This document shows positions 39,164 through 48,988 of a DNA stretch of 64,000 nt, one piece after another. A program made the position numbers and the translations under genes. Numbering within the stretch: the stretch's first letter is position 1; the number at the start of each line of letters is the position of its first letter. The notes under the pieces are model-generated. The model worked only from the letters and a program-made list of their open reading frames with translations, was not told where the DNA came from and ran no database searches. This DNA comes from Macrostomum hystrix (Eukaryota; Animalia; Platyhelminthes): positions 4,464,001 through 4,528,000 of the forward strand of contig CATNEN010000005.1 in the NCBI GenBank assembly GCA_950097015.1. Reading direction: 5' to 3'.

Positions 39164-39829
39164 TTAAATGTGTTGCAGTTTCTTTGATAATTTTAGCTAG
39201 ACAGTAATATTTCAACCGGTATTCTAATTTTACCTCGTAGAGTATCATTCAAAAAACATTCCCACCCGACTATGTCAAATTTGGCTTCCTAAAAAAAGCG
39301 TTGGTCTAAAACTTTGCACAACACGTGAAATCTTCCCAAGACTGAACGTTTTGCTCACGGACCACCCAGCTAGAAATATAGTGAAAGTTAAGTGAGTCCA
39401 GGAAAGTTGGGAACCGTCCACTGTTCAGCCTACTCAACTCTCGCTTTACCTAAGGGATGCTGGAGTCATTGATTTTTTCTCAGAAACTATCCCTCGCATA
39501 GTTTCTGAGTTCATCTAAGAAAAAAATGTGTTTTTTTCTGCAGCCTTCTTAAAGTCTCGCAAATAGGAGCAGCTAGTGACTGCTTGTACAGATGAACACC
39601 ACTCAATGGGATTAACCTGCTAACTTAACTTCCTCAAAAAACTGATCAGTCAAGCACCTTTTTTAAAAAGAACATACAATAGCAGCGACTGAACAGAGAG
39701 ATGAGACCCGAATATGATGGAGTTGCAATAGTGGCAGATCCCCAAATGTGGATTGCATTTTCTGAGATCCTCAAATTGGGATTAAAAGTGCTAAAAATCG
39801 TCAAGAGATCCTCAAGTCAATTGGGATAA

Positions 39830-41275
39830 ACCCCACCTCAGATCCTCATGTTGGGATAAAACAATAACGAACCCTAGATCCTCAAGTTGGGATAAAACAA
39901 TAACGAACCCTAGATCCTCAAGTTGGGATAACACTTATCTCTAATCCTCAATTTGGTATAAAACACACCTCAGATACTCAATTTGGGATAAAACACACCT
40001 CAGATACTCAATTTGGGATAAAACACACCTCAGATACTCAATTTGGGATAAAACGAACCTCAGATCCCCAATTTTGGATAAAGCACACCTAAAATCCTCA
40101 AGTTGGGATAAAACACACCTCAGATACTCAATTTGGGATAAAACACACCTCAGATACTCAATTTGGGATAAAACGAACCTCAGATCCCCAATTTTGGATA
40201 AAGCACACCTCAAATCCTCAAGTTGGGATAAAACACACCTCAGATACTCAATTTTGGATAAAACACACCTCAGATCCTCAAATTTGGATAAAACACACCT
40301 AAAATCCTCAAGTTGGGATAAAACAAACCTCAGATCCCCAATTTTGGATAAAGCACACCTAAAATCCTCAAGTTGGGAAAAAACACACCTCAGATACTCA
40401 ATTTGGGATAAAACACACCTCAGATACTCAATTTGGGATAAAACGAACCTCAGATCCCCAATTTCGGATAAAGCACACCTAAAATCCTCAAGTTGGGATA
40501 AAACAGACCTCAGATCCTCAAATTTGGATAAAACACACCTAAAATCCTCAAGTTGGGATAAAACACACCTCAAATCCTCAAGTTGGGATAAAACACACCT
40601 CAAATCCTCAAGTTGGGATAAAACACACCTCAGATCCTCAAGTTGGGATAAAACACACCTCAGATCCTCAAGTTGGGATAAAACACACCTCAAATCCTCA
40701 AGTTGGATAAAGCACGCCTCAGATCCTCAAGTAGGGATAAAACACACCTCAAATCCTCAAGTTGGGATAAAACACACCTCAGATCCTCAAGTTGGGATAA
40801 AACACACCTCAGATCCTCAAGTTGGGATAAAACACACCTCAGATCCCCAATTTTGGATAAAACACACCTCAAATCCTCAAGTTGGGATAAAACACACCTC
40901 AGATCCCCAATTTTGGATAAAACACACCTCAAATCCTCAAGTTGGGATAAAACACACCTCAGATCCCCAATTTTGGATAAAACACACCTCAAATCCTCAA
41001 GTTGGGATAAAACACACCTCAGATCCCCAATTTTGGATAAAACACACCTTAAATCCTCAAGTTGGGATAAAACACACCTCAGATACTCAATTTGTGATAA
41101 AACACACCTCAGATACTCAATTTGTGATAAAACACACCTCAGATACTCAATTTGGGATAAAACACACATCAGATACTCAATTAGGGATAAAACTAACCTC
41201 AGATCGTCAATTTTGGATAAAGCACGCCTCAGATCCTCAAGTTGGGATAAAACACACATTGAATCCTCAATTAGA
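39830..41275. repeat. 30-bp minisatellite (GATCCTCAAGTTGGGATAAAACACACCTCA), ~48 copies
   Basis: Direct reading. Confidence 0.96.
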
Positions 41276-41777
41276 ATTTAAATCGTGCTTCATAATGTCA
41301 GATACCGCACTGCGGTAATTACAAGTCCAGAGTCCTAAAATCAACCGAGAGTACAATTCACCTGCACCCAGAGGTGGGTGCGCCTAATGCAGGTTTAAAG
41401 CAAATTTTCCTCGATGCCAGCTAAAAGCAAACATTTTTCGGCTTCTGTTGAGCAAAACGGCGCGCTCTTAAATTGCAGGTAAAATAACACGTCTCCTAGA
41501 GGAAAGTCAAGGAAAATTGCCAGCCCCTGTTGCCGAGAATGAAGGGGGCAATCTTGAGCATGAGTGGCGAATGGCCTGGAGGTAAATTGGCAAACAAGAT
41601 GGGCTAGATTTCTGATGACGCTTGTGAATAGGAATTAGGCTCGAGGGGATAACTCTAGCAGCTAATGATGGAGAAAACGAGCTGGCTCTCATTCTTGTAA
41701 GAGAATAGGTTCTTTGTTCTCAGAAATCAGCGAAACGAGACTTCTTGTTCGAAAAAAACTGGAAAAGCTTTAGACAA

Positions 41778-42978
41778 GAGATCTGGGATCGGGAGATCTG
41801 GGATCGGGAGATCTGGGATCGGGAGATCTGGGATCGGGAGATCTGGGATCGGGAGATCTGGGATCGGGAGATCTGGGATCGGGAGATCTGGGATCGGGAG
41901 ATCTGGGATCGGGAGATCTGGGATCGGGAGATCTGGGATCGGGAGATCTGGGATCGGGAGATCTGGGATCGGGAGATCTGGGATCGGGAGATCTGGGATC
42001 GGGAGATCTGGGATCGGGAGATCTGGGATCGGGAGATCTGGGATCGGGAGATCTGGGATCGGGAGATCTGGGATCGGGAGATCTGGGATCGGGAGATCTG
42101 GGATCGGGAGATCTGGGATCGGGAGATCTGGGATCGGGAGATCTGGGATCGGGAGATCTGGGATCGGGAGATCTGGGATCGGGAGATCTGGGATCGGGAG
42201 ATCTGGGATCGGGAGATCTGGGATCGGGAGATCTGGGATCGGGAGATCTGGGATCGGGAGATCTGGGATCGGGAGATCTGGGATCGGGAGATCTGGGATC
42301 GGGAGATCTGGGATCGGGAGATCTGGGATCGGGAGATCTGGGATCGGGAGATCTGGGATCGGGAGATCTGGGATCGGGAGATCTGGGATCGGGAGATCTG
42401 GGATCGGGAGATCTGGGATCGGGAGATCTGGGATCGGGAGATCTGGGATCGGGAGATCTGGGATCGGGAGATCTGGGATCGGGAGATCTGGGATCGGGAG
42501 ATCTGGGATCGGGAGATCTGGGATCGGGAGATCTGGGATCGGGAGATCTGGGATCGGGAGATCTGGGATCGGGAGATCTGGGATCGGGAGATCTGGGATC
42601 GGGAGATCTGGGATCGGGAGATCTGGGATCGGGAGATCTGGGATCGGGAGATCTGGGATCGGGAGATCTGGGATCGGGAGATCTGGGATCGGGAGATCTG
42701 GGATCGGGAGATCTGGGATCGGGAGATCTGGGATCGGGAGATCTGGGATCGGGAGATCTGGGATCGGGAGATCTGGGATCGGGAGATCTGGGATCGGGAG
42801 ATCTGGGATCGGGAGATCTGGGATCGGGAGATCTGGGATCGGGAGATCTGGGATCGGGAGATCTGGGATCGGGAGATCTGGGATCGGGAGATCTGGGATC
42901 GGGAGATCTGGGATCGGGAGATCTGGGATCGGGAGATCTGGGATCGGGAGATCTGGGATCGGGAGATCTGGGATCGGG
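41778..42978. repeat. Perfect 15-bp minisatellite (GAGATCTGGGATCGG) x80
   Basis: 1200 bp with no visible variant; begins 18 nt inside nephrin intron 1. Confidence 0.98.
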
Positions 42979-42996
42979 TCCAATAAAAGTACTCAC

Positions 42997-43246
42997 TGTC
43001 CAGAAAGAAGCCTTTTACTCTCCAGAAGACATTAAGCAGTCGGCTGCCATTGCTGGCGGCCACTTTGCAGGGTATATGCACAGTTGAGCCCTGCAGTACC
43101 CTGTACTCTTTCTCAGGATACTCCAGAGCGCACACAATCTCGTCGCCGCATTCGGAGATAGCATCGATTGGTTGAATTGACAGCTTTAATAACAATAGCA
43201 GAAGAAAATACAGACGCGAGTGTTGACGACACAGCTTTTCGACCAT
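42997..43246 (-). CDS. NPHS1: Nephrin-like gene exon 1: signal peptide and first half of Ig1
   Basis: MVEKLCRQHSRLYFLLLLLLKLSIQPIDA signal-like peptide; GSTVHIPCKV...VFWRVKG. Donor A|GTGAGT at 42996, phase 1. The eight exons sum to 3543 nt (1180 aa + stop). Confidence 0.88.
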
Positions 43247-43829
43247 TTTTTTCTGGTAGTCAAATAAAAACAGGATCGTTTAGCAAAGCTGCTTTAGGAA
43301 ATCAAATCGAGTATTAATAGCGACATAGTTTAATAAGCGAAGAAAATTATATGACTTTTAGTCTCTGATTGTCTCTGATTGCCTTAGAGATTGTTTCAAT
43401 ATTGTAGGATATTTTTGCTCTTGGTAGGATATTTTCTAGCGATGCAGGCAGGCCGAAAATGTGAAAGAGATTCTCTATATAAATAACTTTTCCTTCGCAG
43501 CAGTAAGAGTTTTGTTCCAAGATCTGCTTTGCTGGGAGGAGGGGCAGGAAGAATTTGATTGGCTGGTGGAATGGAATGGCTTGTGAGTATGAGGCTACAT
43601 GGGGATAGCTAGCTTTGAATCTAGTTTATTTGATTGGTGCAGCGTAATGATAATTAAATATTGGGTTAAATGTAAGCCCATCATTATGTCCTCGCCACCA
43701 TAGACTGCAAAACCAGAGCACTTTCAATTTGATTGCATTTTGAATGTCTATGGCAGGCGTCGGCAAACTTATTAGCGTGCGGGCGTCAGAGAGAACCTAA
43801 AAGACGACAGCAGGCCGCATTGTCTGTAG

Positions 43830-44215
43830 GAATATGAGACATGGGAGAGATGAGACACGGGATAGATGAGACACGGGATAGATGAGACAAGGGAGAGATG
43901 AGACACGGGAGAGATTAGACAGAGAAGAGATCAAGCAGGGAAGAGATAAGACACGGGAGAGATGAGACACTGGATAGATGAGACAGGGGAGAGATGAGAC
44001 ACGGGAGAGATTAGACACGGGAGAGATGAAGCAGGGAAGAGATAAGACACGGGATAGATGAGACACGGGAGAGATGAGACACGGGAGAGATGAGACACGG
44101 GAGAGATGAGACACGGGAGAGATGAGACACGGGAGAGATGAGACACGGGAAGGGATGAGGCACAGATGAGATGAGATGAGAGATGGGAGAGATGAGTCTA
44201 TATCTCCAGATTAGA
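43830..44215. repeat. 16-bp minisatellite, third locus, opposite orientation (GAGACACGGGAGAGAT)
   Basis: Reverse complement of the 10880 and 16320 unit. Confidence 0.92.
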
Positions 44216-44287
44216 GAGTGATGATACAGGATACTATAGATGTGGGAAGGGGCAACGGGCCGGATTTGGGAGCTTCGATGGCCGCAT

Positions 44288-44560
44288 CACATTTATTTTG
44301 AGCGCAGCCGCGGAGAGAAGGCTTGGGGGCTTGTCGTGCAATTTACGCCCTTGATGGCCAACCTCGAAGGCACAGTGAGAGTGTACACTGCCTGACGATG
44401 AGAAAGCCAGGGCAGATGTACACACCTGTGTGCGTGTGTGCTCAGGAGTCAGCGAAATAGGCAGAATTGCCTCCTCGCTGGCTGCGGGTCTAGTGTCACC
44501 AAATGATGTACTCATTGCCCGCAGCCCTCCTGCAGTTATTATTATTATTATTATTATTAT
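44288..44560 (+). mobile_element. SINE family A copy with (TTA)n tail
   Basis: Shared body followed by CCTCCTGCAGTTATTATTATTATTATTATTA. Confidence 0.85.
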
Positions 44561-45124
44561 AACTAAACGTAAAGCATCTTATAATGAGAAGCAATTCTAT
44601 CGATTTTATGATATCCTTCTACGCTTTTGAAGAAAAAGCAACAGAAACAGAAGACCAAATGACCTTCCATTTTTTTTTCTCTCTTCAAATTGCAATCAAC
44701 TATCTGTAGAGCAGGCATAGAAACAAAGGGTTTTCTTTTGCAGCAAGTTTAACCCCTACTGTTGAAGAGACTGCTGGCGCAAAAGCAGACACAGAGGGAG
44801 AGAGATTGCATGGAAAAGCATACTAATATACGAAAATGCACTTGATACAAAATGTAAGTCAAGATGATTTTTCTTATTCACAAGCAGTTCTTAGAGCCAC
44901 TCTGCACTGAAATGCAGTAAAGTTTTCTGTAAACAGGTATTATATAGGATTTACTTGTTAGTAAATCGCGGCTCGCGAAATTTCAATCGTGTCTTGATTG
45001 GGCTACGCAAAAATCTAGACTCAGCAAAAGATGAAAGATTGCTGATTCAGAATTCCATGACGGGACTTGTGAGGCGGATGGGGCGTTTGTGAATTACGCA
45101 TTTGATTAAATCTCGTATGCAACA

Positions 45125-47551
45125 CGTGTACTTGAAAATCACGAGAGCGAATGTCAAGGAGGGTTGAAGGTGAGAGAGGGTTGAAGGTGAGAGGGTTGAA
45201 GGTCAGAGAGGGTGAAGGTGAGAGAGGGTCAAGGTCAGAGAGGGTGAAGGTGAGAGAGGGTGAAGGTCAGAGAGGGTGAAGGTGAGAGAGGGTGAAGGTG
45301 AGAGAGGGTGAAGGTGAGAGAGGGTGAAGGTGAGAGAGGGTGAAGGTGAGAGAGGGTGAAGGTGAGAGAGGGTGAAGGTGAGAGAGGGTGAAGGTGAGAG
45401 AGGGTGAAGGTGAGAGAGGGTGAAGGTGAGAGTGTTGAAGTTGAGAGAGGGTTGAAGGTGAGAGGGTTGAAGGTGAGAGGGAGTTGAAGGTGAGAGAGGG
45501 TGAAGGTGAGAGGGAGTTGAAGGTGACAGGGAGTTGAAGGTGAGAGAGGGTTGAAGGTGAGAGGGTTGAAGGTGAGAGGGTTGAAGGTGAGAGAGGGTTG
45601 AAGGTGAGAGGGTTGAAGGTGAGAGGGTTGAAGGTGAGAGGGAGTTGAAGGTGAGAGAGGGTGAAGGTGAGAGGGAGTTGAAGGTGACAGGGAGTTGAAG
45701 GTGAGAGAGGGTTGAAGGTGAGAGGGTTGAAGGTGAGAGAGGGTTGAAGGTGAGAGAGGGTGAAGGTGAGAGAGGGTGAAGGTGAGAGAGGGTGAAGGTG
45801 AGAGAGGGTGAAGGTGAGAGAGGGTGAAGGTGAGAGAGGGTGAAGGTGAGAGGGTTGAAGTTGAGAGAGGGTTGAAGGTTAGAGGATTGAAGGTGAGAGG
45901 GAGTTGAAGGTGAGAGAGGGTGAAGGTGAGAGGGAGTTGAAGGTGACAGGGAGTTGAAGGTAAGAGAGGGTTGAAGGTGAGAGGGTTGAAGGTGAGAGGG
46001 AGTTGAAGGTGAGAGAGGGTGAAGGTGAGAGGGAGTTGAAGGTGACAGGGAGTTGAAGGTAAGAGAGGGTTGAAGGTGAGAGGGTTGAAGGTGAGAGAGA
46101 GTTGAAGGTGAGAGAGGGTGAAGGTGAGAGGGAGTTGAAGGTGACAGGGAGTTGAAGGTAAGAGAGGGTTGAAGGTGAGAGAGGGTTGAAGGTGAGAGGG
46201 TTGAAGGTCAGAGAGGGTGAAGGTGAGAGAGGGTCAAGGTCAGAGAGGGTGAAGGTGAGAGAGGGTGAAGGTCAGAGAGGGTGAAGGTGAGAGAGGGTGA
46301 AGGTGAGAGAGGGTGAAGGTGAGAGAGGGTGAAGGTGAGAGAGGGTGAAGGTGAGAGAGGGTGAAGGTGAGAGAGGGTGAAGGTGAGAGGGTTGAAGTTG
46401 AGAGAGGGTTGAAGGTGAGAGGGTTGAAGGTGAGAGGGAGTTGAAGGTGAGAGAGGGTGAAGGTGAGAGGGAGTTGAAGGTGACAGGGAGTTGAAGGTGA
46501 GAGAGGGTTGAAGGTGAGAGGGTTGAAGGTGAGAGGGAGTTGAAGGTGACAGGGAGTTGAAGGTGAGAGAGGGTTGAAGGTGAGAGGGTTGAAGGTGAGA
46601 GGGAGTTAAAGGTGAGAGAGGGTGAAGGTGAGAGAGGGTGAAGGTGAGAGGGAGTTGAAGGTGAGAGGGTTGAAGGTGAGAGGGTTGATGGTGAGAGGGA
46701 GTTGAAGGTGAGAGGGAGTTGAAGGTGAGAGAGGGTGAAGGTGAGAGGCAGTTGAAGGTGAGAGAGGGTTGAAGGTGAGAGAGGGTTGAAGGTGAGAGGG
46801 TTGAAGGTGAGAGGGAGTTGAAGGTGAGAGAGGGTGAAGGTGAGAGGGAGTTGAAGGTGAGAGAGGGTTGAAGGTCAGAGAGGGTGAAGGTGAGAGAGGG
46901 TGAAGGTGAGAGAGGGTGAAGGTGAGAGAGGGTGAAGGTGAGAGAGGGTGAAGGTGAGAGTGTTGAAGTTGAGAGAGGGTTGAAGGTGAGAGGGTTGAAG
47001 GTGAGAGGGAGTTGAAGGTGAGAGAGGGTGAAGGTGAGAGGGAGTTGAAGGTGACAGGGAGTTGAAGGTGAGAGAGGGTTGAAGGTGAGAGGGTTGAAGG
47101 TGAGAGGGTTGAAGGTGAGAGAGGGTTGAAGGTGAGAGGGTTGAAGGTGAGAGGGTTGAAGGTGAGAGGGAGTTGAAGGTGAGAGAGGGTGAAGGTGAGA
47201 GGGAGTTGAAGGTGACAGGGAGTTGAAGGTGAGAGAGGGTTGAAGGTGAGAGGGTTGAAGGTGAGAGAGGGTTGAAGGTGAGAGAGGGAGTTAAAGGTGA
47301 GAGGGTTGAAGGTGAGAGGGTTGAAGGTGAGAGAGGGAGTTGAAGGTGAGAGGGTTGAAGGTGAGAGAGGGTTGAAGGTGAGAGGGTTGAAGGTGAGAGA
47401 GGGTTGAAGGTGAGAGAGGGAGTTGAAGGTGAGAGGGTTGAAGGTGAGAGGGTTGAAGGTGAGAGAGGGAGTTGAAGGTGAGAGGGTTGAAGGTGAGAGA
47501 GGGTTGAAGGTGAGAGGGAGTTGAAGGTGAGAGAGGGTTGAAGGTGAGAGG
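45125..47551. repeat. Purine-rich 14-17-bp satellite (GAAGGTGAGAG(AG)GGTT) with 36-nt non-repeat leader
   Basis: Direct reading; ~1005-bp higher-order duplication (GTCAAGGTCAG at ~45228 and ~46233). Confidence 0.95.
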
Positions 47552-48348
47552 GTGCCGGTGAACGTTCCGTCATGATGTCCGACAGCCAGCGCGGACAGAA
47601 TCTGACTGTCGTCCTGGCAATCAGTCCGCAGCTTGGATTGGTACAACTTCGACACCATACTGGAGGCTTTACCGAAGTCAAGTTCCATGATTTAATGAGT
47701 GAGGTTAGTGCATTGGTGGACGACTCATTTGTTGTACTGGCAGACAATGCTAGGCCGCACGGTAACCAACTCAACCTTGGCCGACAAGATCAGTCCATTC
47801 GCTACATGCCGCCGTATTCGCCTTTTCTGAACGCTGCGGAGATGGCGATCTCCTGTTTGAAGGCAGATCTCAAGAGGCGCCTGACTGAACCCCGCATCGT
47901 GCAGGGGCTTCACAACAGGCATGCTGCAGCGCAGGCTGGTGAGACGCTGCAGCATCGTCGACTGCGCATTCTGACGGCTCAAGTTGAGGCAGCGTCCAGT
48001 TCCATCACCGCCGAAAAAATGTCGGCAGTGGCACGAACACGTGCTGAGCTACGGACCCCGCTGCCTCACCTACAATGACATCGATCAGTGATGGTATTCA
48101 ATGACTTCAACAGTAACAACGACAGTATCGTGCTTTGTGCTTAAATCTTGTTTACTAATCCGTTTGTTACCGTTTTCCGTTCAGTTTATTGTGTTGCCAA
48201 AATTCGCTCACTTTTGCCAAAGTTGAATGCACGCTTTAACCGATTTTACCACAGTTGGCCATAGACATGTTGCCGGAAGGCGTATGCGCGTTCTATGGGC
48301 TGCCAAAATTGAAGTCCCTTTTGCCAAAGTTGAGCTTGAAAAGGTATA
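47552..48348 (+). mobile_element. 3' half of an IS630/Tc1-type transposon: DDE catalytic domain remnant with frameshift, plus putative right end
   Basis: GAGERSVMMSDSQRGQNLTVVLAIS...VVLADNARPH...YMPPYSPFLNAAE resembles the DDE_3 domain. A frameshift at the A6 run (48014-48019) restores KCRQWHEHVLSYGPRCLTYNDIDQ* (stop 48089-48091). Duplicated TTTTGCCAAAGTTGA motif and terminal TA near 48348. Confidence 0.85.
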
Positions 48349-48988
48349 TTGTATTATGACCTTCTTAATAAGCCATTAACCGCCCGCAAAAAGGCATCGA
48401 CCAATAGGAATGGCTTACTGAGGCTAAAATGTCTATGGCACCCCGAAGTGGGGGCTCTGCCCCACACCCCCCGTCTTTGACTCAGAAAGTATAGCTTGGG
48501 CAAAAACGTCTATTGTACAATAAAATTGATACCCAAGCTTTGCAGGCGTCATTTAAAAATCCTGATTTTCCATTAACGCCCTTAAAGCATGGGTATTAAT
48601 GGTATATTATACAAATGTATAATTGCACACCCCTTTGTTACACTGGAATACCTCAATCAGCAATATTCTAGATTAACACGTTGACAAAGAATTATAACTC
48701 TAGTTTTGGTATATGGCGGGGTCAAAAAATGTTTCACAGTAATTTGCTAACTTCATCAGTCAAATTGTAGTGTTAGAGAGTTAAGGGTACATTGCAGTTG
48801 GGAATCATCACTACGTGTTTTATCAAGCTTGACTACCCATTAGTGTACACAAGCAAAGAGTGTATGCCATACGGTGTCGACAAACTGTAAAGCATTTACG
48901 GTGATTAATGATGTCCCTATGAAGGTGTAAGCCTAGCTGATGCCTATCTGATCAGGCTTCATCAATAGCAAGCAGATTGATCTGACCC

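Noticed and set aside
41720-43246. 508-aa secreted protein with (SQISR)80
   Set aside because: It is nephrin exon 1 read through a consensus GTGAGT donor into the 15-bp array, whose unit has no stop in most frames. It would need intron-retention evidence.
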